NCBI GenBank assembly: GCA_050613775.1
Contig: JBODTK010000001.1
Location: 1-64,000 of the forward strand
Direction: 5' to 3'
DNA from: Neocallimastix sp. 'constans'
Lineage: Eukaryota
DNA length: 64,000 nucleotides
Program-made: the position numbers and the translations under genes
Shown here: piece by piece, positions 40,117-54,289 of the stretch
How positions within the stretch are numbered: the first letter of the stretch is position 1
Layout of the letters: each line of letters begins with the position of its first letter
Notes under the pieces: model-generated
What the model was told of the DNA's origin: nothing
Seen by the model: the letters and a program-made list of their open reading frames with translations, nothing else
Database searches by the model: none

Positions 40117-40569
40117 GTTACTGTTTTTTTAAAAAGCTTTATTATTTATATTTTATATTTATTATATATATATCTATTTATATTTATATTTTTTATTATA
40201 TATCTATTTATATATATATATTATATTATATATATTTTTGGTATAATTTTAATTTATTTTATTTATATATTATTAAAATTATATATATATATAAAAGTTT
40301 TGATATATATTATTATAATTATTTATTTTTATTTTATTTTATTTTATAGATATATATTTATATGATCTTTATATAAATATATATATTGTTTGTTTGTTAG
40401 TTTTTTTTTTTTGTTTTTGCCTATGTTTTTTTTATTTTTCTTTTTCTTTTTTTTTTTTTTGGTATGATATCAAATGTAAATGTATATATATTTATAGAGG
40501 TGTTCTATTTTTGTTTATATATATATATATATATATTTATATAAATGTAAATATAAGTGATTAAACAAG

Positions 40570-42183
40570 TTAACATAATCCACAAGCTCTTTCTTTCTTT
40601 GAAACATCCTTTCTATCCCAAATCGTTAGGTATGGATTAATCCACATTCCTTTAATACGTTGTAATAAATAACAAATACTATTAATTTTTCGAATGGCTA
40701 TAAGATGTCTTAAATTATCTCCAATATCGCCCTTCTTCTTCCATTCCAAATAACTTTCGTATTCATCATCATTCCTATCTAAAAATTTTAAATAGTCGGC
40801 TAACTCTTTAGCACTCGAAAAATCTTTGGCATTAATGTACGAATGCGGCGGTGCAAAATCGGCTATATTGGAGGTTCCATAGAAGACTGGCACGGAGCCC
40901 ACTTCCAATGGCTGGAAAAATTTTTCGGTAACATAGTCTCGATCATCCGAATTTTCGAAGGCCAGGGTAAATTTATATTTACGAATGGTATTAAGTTTGG
41001 TATTCCAGGCCGAATCGCCTTCATCTTCATCGTACACTTCTTTGTTATGCGAACACATTCCAAAGGAATCAATCTTCATATGTTCCATTAATTCATCTAA
41101 AAATTCGAGTCGATCATTATTCGCAAAACAATTGGATATGAAGACAGCAGCTACGCCTCTACCCCCTTTCCCCTTTTCGTTTACTGGAAGGGCGGGCTTA
41201 TCGAATTTAAAGAAGGTATAGGTATACGGAATGGGAACATCGGAATCTAAACGATAATCAATGAAATAATCAAAATATTTCTTTTTGGATCGCATCACAT
41301 CATAATTCGTTGTGGATTCCATAGACATTAAAAGTAGTTTTTGATGTTTCTTATTGTAATGGTATCGTTCAATTCTTTTGATGTCACTGATATTATCTAA
41401 GACATTCATAACAATAATATCACTTTCATTCTCATTTTCTACCCACTGCCATGGTATAGGACATTTTTTTCCTTCTGGATCATCTTTATCACGGTAATTC
41501 CTTCCCTGATGATAAAGTTTAAAAAATGTTAATGGAGAGGTACTCTTAAGATGAACACTTTTCGAATACTCTTCCATATTAAATCCTTCTTCTTCTTCTT
41601 TTTCTTTTTTTTTTTCTTTTTCTTGTTCTACTTTATTTTCATTTTTATTATCATTTTTATTATTATTATCATTTTTATTATTTATTTTTTTTCCTGACTT
41701 TTCTTCCTCCCTTAATACTTCTTTTTCTTTTTTCTCATTTTCATTTTTAATATTTTTTTCATCTTCAGTATCTGATGTCTCCATTAATCTTAATAATTCA
41801 TCACGCATTTTTTCAATATCTTCTCCTCTCTCTTCTTCTTCTTCTATTACTATTTTATAATTTTCTATCGCTTCTTCTTCATCTTCTACTTCTTCTACAT
41901 AACTTTTTGTATTTTCCTTTCCGCCTTTAATATTATTTCCCTTTAATTTAAGAAGTTTTTCATTGTGATGATCATCATCCGATATAGAATCAATATTACT
42001 AGAATTTTCATTAGATTTCTTTAAATTAATAAAATTCTGATATTTCAGTGACCTCAAAATCACATTATTTGTAGTACCCTCTTCTTTAAAAAATACTAAA
42101 AATAAAATAACAAATAAAAGACCTACACCTGTAAAAAGTACTCCTATTCTCAATCTTCTTATACTAAATAATTTATTAACCAT
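40570..42183 (-). CDS. GT10 alpha-1,3-fucosyltransferase (type II membrane protein), copy A, 537 aa
   Basis: N-terminal TM anchor and charged stem, then SMES, YRLDSDVP, AAVFISNC and the GT10 signature YKFTLAFENS..DYVTEKFFQPL..GSVPV. Confidence 0.92.
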   Translation of the reverse strand: MVNKLFSIRRLRIGVLFTGVGLLFVILFLVFFKEEGTTNNVILRSLKYQNFINLKKSNENSSNIDSISDDDHHNEKLLKLKGNNIKGGKENTKSYVEEVEDEEEAIENYKIVIEEEEERGEDIEKMRDELLRLMETSDTEDEKNIKNENEKKEKEVLREEEKSGKKINNKNDNNNKNDNKNENKVEQEKEKKKEKEEEEGFNMEEYSKSVHLKSTSPLTFFKLYHQGRNYRDKDDPEGKKCPIPWQWVENENESDIIVMNVLDNISDIKRIERYHYNKKHQKLLLMSMESTTNYDVMRSKKKYFDYFIDYRLDSDVPIPYTYTFFKFDKPALPVNEKGKGGRGVAAVFISNCFANNDRLEFLDELMEHMKIDSFGMCSHNKEVYDEDEGDSAWNTKLNTIRKYKFTLAFENSDDRDYVTEKFFQPLEVGSVPVFYGTSNIADFAPPHSYINAKDFSSAKELADYLKFLDRNDDEYESYLEWKKKGDIGDNLRHLIAIRKINSICYLLQRIKGMWINPYLTIWDRKDVSKKERACGLC

Positions 42184-42444
42184 CTTTTTTTTTTTTCCAT
42201 AAATAAAAAAAAAATTAAAAGATAAAAAGATATAAAGATAAAAAAAAAAAAAAAAAAAAAAGATTAAAAAAAAAATTTTTTTCTTATAATGTTTAACTTA
42301 TTTGTTGTATAATATAAAATTGATAATTTTAATATTCCTTCTTTTTTTTTTTTTTTTTTTTTTATTGTATTTTTTATTTTTTATTTTATTTTATTTTATT
42401 TCATTAAAGTTTTAATATTTATTATTATTCATGTTTTTTCTCTT

Positions 42445-42479
<35 letters not shown>

Positions 42480-43403
42480 TATGATAAATAGATTTATATA
42501 TATAATTTGTCCTCAATAAATTAATTAAAACTAAAAAAACTTTTTTTTTCTTTTTTTTTTTTATTATTATTTCTATTATATTTTTTTTTTTTTTTCTTTT
42601 TTTTGAAATATTATATCTATATTAACTTTATTATTTTTTTTTCTTCCTTTTTTTTCTTTTAATTATTATTATTTCTAAAAAATTATCTGTCTTTTTAAAT
42701 TTTTTTTTTCATTTAATGTTTTATATATATATATATATTTATATATTTTATTATATTATATTTTATTATGTTTTACTTTTCATTTTTTTTTTATTTTATT
42801 TTCATTTTTAAAAAAAAAAAAAAAATAAATAAAAAATTAAATAAAAATAAAAATAAAATAAAAATAATTTAATTAGTATTAAACTTTATAATTTATAAAA
42901 TAGTATACATAAACAAAAATTTTTTTTAAAAAAAAAAAAAAAATTTTTTTTTAATCTTTATTTAAACATGTGTAATGAAATGTCAATAAAAAATAAAAAA
43001 GTTCAAAAAAAAAAAAAAAGATTACAGTAAAAAAAAAATTAAAGTTATATTAAATAAAAATAAAATAAATAAATAAAAATACTAAACAAAAAAAACAAAA
43101 ATCTAAAATGAATCAACAACAACAAAAATTATAATAATAATAATAATAATAAATTAAAATAAACCTCATCATAAATATATAATTTTATACATTCATTTAA
43201 CCTATTTATATAATAAAGAAAGTTAGTTAATAATAATATACTAATTTTTTTTTTTTTTTTTTTTTTTTTTATTTATATATTAATAATACAATTGTAATTA
43301 AATAATATTAACAATATATCTAATATAAAATCTTATTCCTAAATTCATAATAAAAAAATTACAAAGTTTATCTGGAATAGGAATAGACGTTATAATTTAT
43401 ATA

Positions 43404-43439
<36 letters not shown>

Positions 43440-44223
43440 TTTTTTTTTTTTTTTTTTTTTTTTTGAAATATATATATGTTTATTTCATTATATAAATATT
43501 TATATATATATAATGAAATCAATAAAAATCAATAAAAATAAAAATTATTATTATTATTATACTAAGTTTAAAAAATAATTTTTATAAAATAAAAAAAAAA
43601 ATTTTTTTTTTTTTTTTTCTTTCCAATCTTATGAAAGTGTTTTTTAAAAATTTTTTAATAATTAATCTCTTTATATATATTATATATTATTGATCGTTCT
43701 ATGAGAATAAATAAATAAATAAAAATAAAAATGTATATATCAATACATATATAAATATTTAAGTAATTATCAAATTTTTTATTACTCTATTTTTTTTTTT
43801 TTATATATATATATTTTTTTTATATTTATTATTTTTTTTTTATTTTTTTTATTTCGTTATTTCTCTTATTTCTTTTATTTCTTTTATTTCTTTATTTCTT
43901 ATATTTCTTTTATTTCTTTATTTCTTTATTTCTTTTATTTCTTTCATTTCTTTATTTCTTTTATTTATTTATTTATTTATATTTTTTTTAATAAATATAA
44001 AAGATATTTAAAATTAGATAGTATTATTACCATAATTATTATTATTATATTATTATTAGTATAATTAGTATTAGTATTATTATATAATAAAATGGTTAAT
44101 GATACTCTACATATTTTTTAATGTATGTATATTTATATATATTATAGATTTAAAAAGCTTTTTAAAATTTATAATAACAAAATATATATATATATTTTAT
44201 TTTATTTTATTTTATTTTATTTG

Positions 44224-44265
<42 letters not shown>

Positions 44266-44528
44266 CCAACTTTATATATTAAATTTTTAAATATTAATGA
44301 TTTTTATATATTTATATATAGATATGTAATAATGTATTTTATAATTAATTCTATTTATTATTAATATTATAATTATTATTATTATTAATTATTTAATTAT
44401 TATTATATTATTCAAATATTATGAAAAAATAAATATTTTTTTCATATAGTTTTATATTTTTACTTTATTTTTTATTTTTTTATTTTTTTTTTTTTTTTAA
44501 TTTTATTAATTTTTTTTTTTTTTTTTTT

Positions 44529-46766
44529 TTAACATAATCTACAAGCTCTTTCATTCTTTGGAACATCTTTTCTATCCCATTCTTTTAAATAAGGATTTAT
44601 CCACATATTCTTAATACGTTGTAATAATTGACATATACTATTTAGCTTTCTAATTTCTACTAAATGATTAAGATTATCACCAAAGTCACCGGTGGCTGCC
44701 TTCTTTTTCCATGCTAAATAGGCTTCATATTCATCATCATTCTTATCTAAATGTTCTAAATATTCAGCTAATTCTTTGGCATTTTCAAAATCATTGGCAT
44801 TAATAAAGGAATGCTCTGGTGCAAAATCAGCAATATTGGAAGTTCCATAGAAAACTGGGACGGAACCAGCTTCCAGTGGCTGAAAGAATTTTTCGGTGAC
44901 ATAATCACGATCATTAGAATTTTCAAAGGCCAAGGTAAATTTATATTTACGAATTGTATTCATTTTTGTTCCCCAGGAACCATTATCTTCATCCTCAGCA
45001 TAAGGATCTTTATTATGAGCACATAAACCGAAGGAATCAATCTTGGTATATTTCATTAATTCATTCAAAAATTCTAATCTTTTATTGGCTGCATTACAAT
45101 TCGAGATGAAGACAGCGGCAAGACCTCGACCATCCTTTCCTTTTTCCTTTAATGGAAGAGGTTGCTTAGTAAAATCGAAGAAATCATAGGTATATGGAAT
45201 AGGAACATCTGAATCAAGACGATAATCAATCATATAATCAAAGTAATTTTTCTTTGAAATCATTACTTTATAATTACTAGTTGATTCCATAGACATTAAA
45301 AGAAGCTTTTGACGATTTTTATCATATTTATATTTTTCAATTCTATTAATATCACTTAAATTATCTAAGATATTCATGGCAATTATATCACTTTCATTTT
45401 GATTATCAACCCATTCCCATGAAACTGGACATTCTTTACCTTCTGGGTCATCACCATCACGATAATTGGAACCATCATGGTACAATTTAAATTCAACTTC
45501 TTTTTTTGATTTTGGTTTTGATTTATCAGTATTATCCTCTTTTGTATCATCAACGTCATCCTCTTTATTTTCATCGCCATTATCCTCATTATTATCATCA
45601 CCATCATCTTCCTTGTCATCGCCATTATCCTCATCATTATCATTACCATCATCTTCTTTATCATCACCATCATCTTCTTTATCATCACCATTATCTTCAT
45701 TATTATCATCACCATCATCTTCTTTATCATCACCATTATCTTCATTGTTATCATCACCATCATCTTCTTTATCATCACCATTATCTTCATTGTTATCATC
45801 ACCATCATCTTCTTTATCATCACCATTATCTTCATTGTTATCATCACCATCATCTTCTTTATCATCACCATTATCTTCATTGTTATCATCACCATCATCT
45901 TCTTTATCATCACCATTATCTTCATTGTTATCATCACCATCATCTTCTTTATCATCACCATTATCCTCATTATTATCATCACCATCATCTTCTTTATCAT
46001 CGTCATTATCCTCATTATTATCATCACCATCATCTTCTTTATCATCGCCATTATCCTCTTTACCATTATCATTTTTATTATTGCCACTTTCACCAATTAA
46101 AGTTTTATCGATTTCATTATCATCTATGGCATTATCTGCACCTTTATCTTCTTTGGTTTCTTTGTCTTCTTTACTTTCTTTTTCTTCTTTGTCTTCTTTG
46201 TCATTCTCTTTTGTTTCTTTTTCAATATTCTTATCATCCTTATTATCTTCTTTACCAGTATTATCATAATCAACATCATCAGGATTATTATGACCATCGA
46301 CTACATTCTCACCTTCTATTGATTTATCATTATTGGTAAGATCATCTTCATCTTGGTTATCTTCTATATTATTATCTTCTTTTGAATTTATATTATTTTC
46401 AGTACTATCATCATTAGTATCTAAATTATTATCATTAGTATCAAAATTATTATCATTATCTATAAAGTTTTCTTTTTCTTGCTGTTCAGCTGGATTAACA
46501 TTGGTATCGTTAGTATCATCGATATCATTTTCATCAGCACCTTTATTCATTTCTTTTGTAAAATCATCTTCAGCAATTTCATTTTCATTATCAAGGTCAA
46601 GTTCATTTTTCATATCTTTGGTATTTGCAATAGAGTCTGCAAAACTGTTATCATTTTTATTATTTATTGAATTTTTATTGAATAATGCTGAAAAAGTAAG
46701 TAATAATACAATACTTATAAAAAGTAAAATGATTAAAGATCTTATTCTTCTTATACTTAGATGCAT
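44529..46766 (-). CDS. GT10 alpha-1,3-fucosyltransferase, copy B, with long acidic repeat stem, 745 aa
   Basis: Same catalytic motifs as copy A (YKFTLAFENSNDRDYVTEKFF), an N-terminal TM segment and a D/E/N-rich stem. Confidence 0.92.
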   Translation of the reverse strand: MHLSIRRIRSLIILLFISIVLLLTFSALFNKNSINNKNDNSFADSIANTKDMKNELDLDNENEIAEDDFTKEMNKGADENDIDDTNDTNVNPAEQQEKENFIDNDNNFDTNDNNLDTNDDSTENNINSKEDNNIEDNQDEDDLTNNDKSIEGENVVDGHNNPDDVDYDNTGKEDNKDDKNIEKETKENDKEDKEEKESKEDKETKEDKGADNAIDDNEIDKTLIGESGNNKNDNGKEDNGDDKEDDGDDNNEDNDDDKEDDGDDNNEDNGDDKEDDGDDNNEDNGDDKEDDGDDNNEDNGDDKEDDGDDNNEDNGDDKEDDGDDNNEDNGDDKEDDGDDNNEDNGDDKEDDGDDNNEDNGDDKEDDGDDKEDDGNDNDEDNGDDKEDDGDDNNEDNGDENKEDDVDDTKEDNTDKSKPKSKKEVEFKLYHDGSNYRDGDDPEGKECPVSWEWVDNQNESDIIAMNILDNLSDINRIEKYKYDKNRQKLLLMSMESTSNYKVMISKKNYFDYMIDYRLDSDVPIPYTYDFFDFTKQPLPLKEKGKDGRGLAAVFISNCNAANKRLEFLNELMKYTKIDSFGLCAHNKDPYAEDEDNGSWGTKMNTIRKYKFTLAFENSNDRDYVTEKFFQPLEAGSVPVFYGTSNIADFAPEHSFINANDFENAKELAEYLEHLDKNDDEYEAYLAWKKKAATGDFGDNLNHLVEIRKLNSICQLLQRIKNMWINPYLKEWDRKDVPKNERACRLC
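45555..46060 (-). repeat. Coding minisatellite, 45-bp unit (DDKEDDGDDNNEDNG), about 11 copies
   Basis: TCATCACCATCATCTTCTTTATCATCACCATTATCTTCATTGTTA repeated in tandem inside GT10 copy B. Confidence 0.93.
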
Positions 46767-49010
46767 GGTTAATACATAATTTTATTAGTTCTTTTTCAAT
46801 TTTTTTTTTTTTTTTTATTATTATTATTTTTAATTTATTGATTAATCTTTTATTTACTATCAATTATTTTTTAAAAATAATAATTGATAGAATTATATTA
46901 TTTAAAACAAATAATAGTAAATAACAAATTATAAATATAATAATTAGTAAATTTATGTTTATTTTTATTATTGTTTTTATAGATTATTATTATTATTATT
47001 TATTATGATTAAAAAAAAAGAAAAAAGTAATAAAACAAGATGATATAAAAATATATAATAATAAAATATAATAAATTTATTGAATAAATAAATTAGAAAA
47101 AAAAAAAAAAGTTAATTTCATTATAATTCCAAAAATAAATTGAATTTCTATATTATATTTATTGTTATTATGTTTAAAAATTTTAGTAATTTTTTCAATA
47201 CTTTCTATTACATTTGTCCAAAATTATTATTAATCTTAAATATTAAGTTTATTTATTCTATTGTTTATTTAATTCTTTATATATATATATAATAATAATA
47301 AATTATAAATAAATAAATTTCAAAATCACAAAATTATTCAACCAAGTTAGGTTAAAAAACAAAAAATAAATAAAATTAATCGAAACATACATTTTAATTA
47401 GAAATTTCTATAATAATTCCAATTATTCTTTAAAGTAGTTGTCACTTATTTATATATTATTATTATTATTATTCTATGTTTTTTTTTAATTAATTTATTT
47501 CTAAAGTGTTTTTTTTAAAGAATATATTTTATTTTAATAGATGTTTTTATTTAATTCCCAAAATAAAAAAAAAAAAAAAAAATAAAATAAAATAAAATAA
47601 AATAAAATATATATATATGGGAAAAAAAAAAATTTTTTTCCCATTAATTTACAAATAAAATTTAGATTTAAATGATTTTTATTATAATATTAAATTTTTA
47701 TATAAAAACTTTATTTTTATAAATATTAGATTAACATTTTGTAAAAATTTTTTAAGCACTCAAAATTTTATATTGATTACTTACATTTTAAATTAAACTG
47801 AAAACAAGAAAACAATTATTATTTTAATAACAATTAATTTTAATACTTAGAATTATTATTTATATATCTTTTTTTTTTTTTTTTTTTTTTTGTTCTTGTA
47901 ATATTAATTATGATAAGAATATATATATTATATATTACTTTAAAATAATTAAAAATATTATTTATTTAAATTATAAAATATAATTTTTTTTACCAATTTA
48001 TTATAAAAAAAAATTTATTTAATATTTACTATTATATAATTAAAAAAGATTATATATATATATATTTTTTATTTTATTTTACTTTTTTTTTTTTTTATTC
48101 AAATGAATTTAATATGTCAATATTTGTGAGATAAAAAAAAAAATAAAATAAAAAATTTTAATTTTTAATAAATAGTACATATAAATAAACTTTAATAATT
48201 TAATATTTTTGAAGAACTAAAATTTATAATCATTTTAAATAGTCGAAAAAGGTTCTTTGTTATGTTGAATACAATTTAATTTGAAATATTCAAAATTCAA
48301 TATAATCAAGCATAATAATAAGATAATTGATTTTTATTAAAATTTTTAATCATAAATTTATGATTTTTATAAATTTAATTCTTGAACAAAATTTATTTAT
48401 GTAAATATATATAAATATAAAGTTTTTAGATATTTAAATAATCTAAAGAACATTTAAAATATATATAATATATGTATTTTTGTAATTTTAATGAAATAAT
48501 TCTTAAACAAAATTTATTTATGTAAATATATATAATTATATTAAAATAAAGTTTTTAGATATTTAAATAATCTAAAGAGCATTCTTACACATTTAATAAT
48601 TTTAACGAAATAACGAACTTAAATAAATATTACTATCATTAATTACATATTAAATATTCTTTTTTATATATATATATTTTTTTTAATTATGTATATATAT
48701 ATGTTATACACATTTCATAGATTTTTATAATTTTTACTATTTTATAGAAATAAATGACAGATATTTAAAAATATTTTATATATTTTAAAACTATTTAATA
48801 TGAGATTATTTTATTTTACAAGGATAAAATATCACCTCAACGACTTTATTTAAAATCATAGCTCTTATTTCAAAACAATATTTATTAATTATTACTATTT
48901 TTAATAAAAATAAATATATAATAATTTAATACAACATTTTCATTACTATATTATTTGATATTTGATATATCTTTATTAAATAGAATAATTTAAATTTTAT
49001 TGATTATAAT

Positions 49011-49049
<39 letters not shown>

Positions 49050-52000
49050 AAATCATCTTTTATTTTTTAAAATTAAAATTTAATAATATAAAGTTTTTAT
49101 ATTTTTAGATTACTCTATGAATCATTTTAATATTAAATGATTTTAATTAATAAACTATAATGATATAAATATTTAATTTTTAATTACATTGGTTTTATTA
49201 TTATTATAAAAATAATTTTATAAAAAATTCAAAAATAGAAATACAATTATTTTAATAAAATGATAATTAAAAATTTTTTAATTTGTATTTATCAATAGTA
49301 TTTATAATGCCTTATAATAAGGAATTATATAAGTCTAACTATAACTATAATATGGAATATCTTAACCATAAAATCATTTTTATAGTTACCTATATTTTTG
49401 TTTTCCATATATATATTCATATATATATATAGGTTCTGTATTCAATTAATAAATCGTATTAATTATTTTTTTTCTTTTTTGATTTCTTCTTTTAAAAATT
49501 TTTTATATCTAATAAATGATTCATTTTGTAATATACAATATAAATTCATGGTATTTTCTCTCTTTTTTTTTTTTTTTATATCATTAGATTTTTTATAATT
49601 AAAAAAAAAAATAAATACTTTTATTTCAGGATGATTTATTTTTATAAATTTTATATTATTTTTGAAAACATAATTTTTAAATTAAGTATTTTATTTAATT
49701 TTATTTTATTTTATTTTTTTTTATATAATCAGTTTTTTTGATTTTTCTTTTTATTATACAGTGGATAGAAGTTTTTTATTTTCATTTTAATATTTTATTA
49801 TATCAATTTTCATTTTATTAAGGTATTTTTAATAATATTATTCCTATTATTAAATAAAAAAAATTTTGTCTAATTCACTCTTGTATTTATTAAGATATTA
49901 TTATTCCACACTTTTATTATCAATTATATTGTAATGAAAAATTTTTATTTTTAAAATTAATAAATATATATATATATATATAATATTTACCATTAATATT
50001 AATTTTATTAGAATGAAATAAATCAATTATATCATCGATTGTAAAAAATAAATTACTTCCTTTTTTTTTATAAAGTTTAGTTTTTAACTATTGATTTTTA
50101 ATTTCATTAATAATTATGCTTATATATATATATATATATTTTACTATATAATCATTACCATTGCATTAAAACTTTACTCACAGAATTTAATATTACTACT
50201 ATTAATACTAAAACAATTTTTATAAACTATTTAAATTATTGCAATAATAATATAATCTCTATAATGTATATATATCTGTATTATTAAATACCATGAAAAT
50301 AATAGTCTCATTAATACTTTTTTTTTTTTTTTTTTTTTTTTTTATTTTAGATCATACAATTAATAATATTAACATTACTCTTTTTCATCCCATAAATAAT
50401 AATTTATTAGTTTCAATATACAAAATTCATTGTTCAAAAATTAAATTAAGAAGTACATATATAATTTTAAAATAAATTTTTATAAATTTTCTTTTAAAAA
50501 ATATAAAAAAAATGAAAATATACATAAAAAAATTATGACACAAATTAATAAGAATAAGAGAATCATAGTTTTATATTTCTTTAAATTATATATAAAAATT
50601 TCTATTGAAGTAAACATTTATTATTTATTTATATAAATACATTATTTAAAATAATAGCAATAATAACAACAGTAATCATGGTAATTATAAAGGAATTTTT
50701 TAAATAAAATTTTATAAGTTTATAAAAAATATAATCTTTTTTATTTTTTAATAATGTTACTTTTATTTATAACATTTTTTTTAATTAAAATAAAAATTTT
50801 TATTAAATTATTAACAATACATGAATAATAATAATAAAAATAATATTACTTAGTTTTATAATATAATTATTAAGTGTTTATAGTCCTTTTATTTTATTTT
50901 ATTTCATCCTATTTCATTCTATTTTTTATTTTATATTTTTTAATTTTTAATTTTTTAGTTTTTTAATATTATTGATGATGATAGATATTTCATGAAAAAT
51001 TATATTAGTAAATCTAATAAATAAAAGTATATATGAATTTTGAATTTATAGATAAAATTTTATAAATCATAAATAAAAAAATTATTATTAATAATATTAT
51101 TATTAATATTATTATAATTTATTTTTATTATCTTTTTATTTATCATTTAAATGAAAGATAAATTAATAGATGATGAAAATGAAAAAATATTTTCTTTTTT
51201 TTTTTTTATATTTAAATAAATGGAAAAAAATGAAAAAAATAAAAAAAAAAAAAATTTAATGAACCATTTAATCTATGTAATTAACATAATTAATTATATT
51301 GATAATATATGTATCAATTGAATTATATAGAAATGTAAAATTAAATTATATTAAATTAACTTTTTTATAAATATTAAAATTTCTATTTTTAGCATAAATT
51401 AAATTAAAAAAAACATGTTTTTTCTAAAAAAAAATAAATTAAATTAAATTAAAATCGGTTACACAAGAAATAAAAGAACAAATTAAAATTCTTTTTTTTA
51501 TTTTTTTTTTCTTCAAGTTTTTCTTTTTTTTCTTTTTTTTTTTTTGATGTTACTGTCACAGTGTACAATTAGCACACTTTTCCGGTTTTCTATTATATTT
51601 TTTTTTATTTTTTATTATTTTTTTAGTTCATATCACGTCACATTTTCTTTTGATTCATTGTGGAATATTCAATTTTCTATATATATATTTTTTTTGTTCA
51701 TGATTGTTCTTTTGATTCATTATTGAGTGTAACTGTGATTTGCAATAGCATTATATCATTGATTATACCATTATTATTACTGAAACAAATAAAATTTTCA
51801 AATCTATCTAATTTTTTTTTTACTGAAACCAATAATTTTTTAAAATATATATAATACTTTAGCATATAGAATTTAAATAAAAAATATTATAATAAAAAGT
51901 TTTAATAATATTATTTCAGAGTATAAAATTATATTATAAAATGTATTATAATATATTGAATATTCTTTCTATTGAATTTTCTTAATTACTATTATAGATT

Positions 52001-52139
52001 ATACATTTTAAAATATATATAAAAGTTTATATAAATAATTTTGTCTTTGTGGCTATAATCCTAATAATTTATAATAAAAGTTAATGTTGAATATATATAT
52101 AATAATAAATATTTGTAATAAAGAGTAATACATTTATTA

Positions 52140-52478
52140 ATAAATAATTAATAATTAATAATAAATAATAAATAATAAATAATAAATAATAAATAAATAA
52201 ATAAATAAATAATAAATAATAAATAATAAATAATAAATAATAAATAATAAATAATAAATAAATAAATAAATAAATAATAAATAATAAATAATAAATAATA
52301 AATAATAAATAATAAATAATAAATAATAAATAATAAATAATAAATAATAAATAATAAATAATAAATAATAAATAATAAATAATAAATAATAAATAATAAA
52401 TAATAAATAATAAATAATAAATAATAAATATTAAATATTAAATAATAAATAATAAATAATAAATAATAAATAATAAAA
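52140..52478. repeat. (AATAATA)n 7-mer microsatellite; a second array lies at about 52900-53030
   Basis: Directly visible TAAATAA repeats. Confidence 0.9.
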
Positions 52479-54289
52479 TTTGATATTTAATTGTTATTTT
52501 TTTTTTTTTTCCTTTTTAAATTAGAACTTTATTTATTATTAATATTAGAATTACGCAAATGTTTGTATTAAATATATTATATTATAATATAATATATATA
52601 TCTTAATTATTTAAATTTTTCGACCCTTATTTCATAATATATTAATAGTAATACTATTTATTTATTAACATGATTATTTTTTAATATAAAATTATATATT
52701 ATTTATATATATGATAATGTAAATTATTTCAATAAATTAAATTCCTTTAATATAATTAACAAATAAAAATGAAGAAAAAAGATTTATTATCAGTAATTAA
52801 ATGATGAATAAAAATGAAGAATTAATAATTAAATAATAAAATAATAAATAATTGAATAATAAATAATAATAAAAAAGAGTATTTATTAATAATAAAAAAT
52901 AAATAATAAATAATAAATAATAAATAATTAATAATAAATAATTAATAATAAATAATAAATAATAAATAATAAATAATAAATAATAAATAATAAATAATAA
53001 ATAATAAATAATAAATAATAAATAATAATGAATAATTACTAATTAGTGATGGTGTTATATACAATAATAGTGGCAATTAATTAATAACGATTTTAGTTAT
53101 GATTGTAAATAATAATAAATAATCTCAATAATAATATTAATACTCGTAATTATTTCTTAATTCATATTATTTATTTATAATTTATTCTTTATTATTTATA
53201 ATTTATTCTTTATTATTTATAATTTATTCTTTATTATTTATTATAAATTATTTATTATTCAATTATTTATTATTTATTATTAGTTATTAATTATTTATTA
53301 TTCAATTATTTATTATTTATTATTAGTTATTAATTATTTATTATTTATTATTAATTATTTATTATTAGTTATTAATTATTATTATTTATGTATTATTTTA
53401 TTTATTTATATTTACATTATTTTTTATATACAATGGGAATAAATCAATATTATATATATATTATCTATATATTATATTATACGTCTATTATATTTAAAAA
53501 GATTTATATGAAATAAAATTTTGATTGAAAAATATAATATATACAAATATACAAATAATAAAAAATCATTAAATATATTAAGAGTCAATAACATTACTAA
53601 ATAATAAATGAATATATAGATAGTACAAAGTAAATTGTTATATTAAATATGAATAAATACAGTCATAGTAATTAAATAAATTTTAAAAATTTTTATTCGA
53701 CCTATATATATTTAAGAAAAAAAAATTTTTTTTTATGGAGCTTTAAATCATATAAAATTCAACTTTTTTTTTTTTCTCTATAAAATAAGAATTCAACTTA
53801 TCTTATAACTTATAATTATTTTCTAAAAAATAATAGAAAGATTAAAAATTTTTATGTCTATACTTTTTAAAAAATAATAGAAAAATAGAAAAGATATATA
53901 TATTATCTATACTTTTTAATGATAGAAAATTATAAGTATTATTACATAAAAAGTATACAAGAATATTTGAGTAATTTAAAGGGAACTAATACAATAATAT
54001 AACATTACAATATTAAACAGAAATTGAATTTTTTTTTTTTTTGTTCAATCCTGTTATTTAAATATTCAAGTTAAAAAATAATAGCAAAACATTAAAATAA
54101 TATAGATAAATAAATAAACATAATAATAAATAAATAATTGAAATAACTTCAAAATAAATATATATATATAGCAATTCAAATCCTTAAAAAAAAAAATAAT
54201 TTTGAATTAAAGAAATTTCATAAATAAAATATAAAAAAAAATATAAATTAAGCAATAATAAAACTAAAAATTAAAAGAAAAAAATAATA

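Noticed and set aside
45383..46339. Long overlapping Ser-, His- and Met-rich ORFs
   Set aside because: These are shadow frames of the 45-bp coding repeat of the GT10 gene.
51550..51660. Minus-strand KRKCD...PEKCANC, suggesting a Zn2Cys6 domain
   Set aside because: The first Cys pair is missing, stops flank it, and no coherent exon structure can be built.
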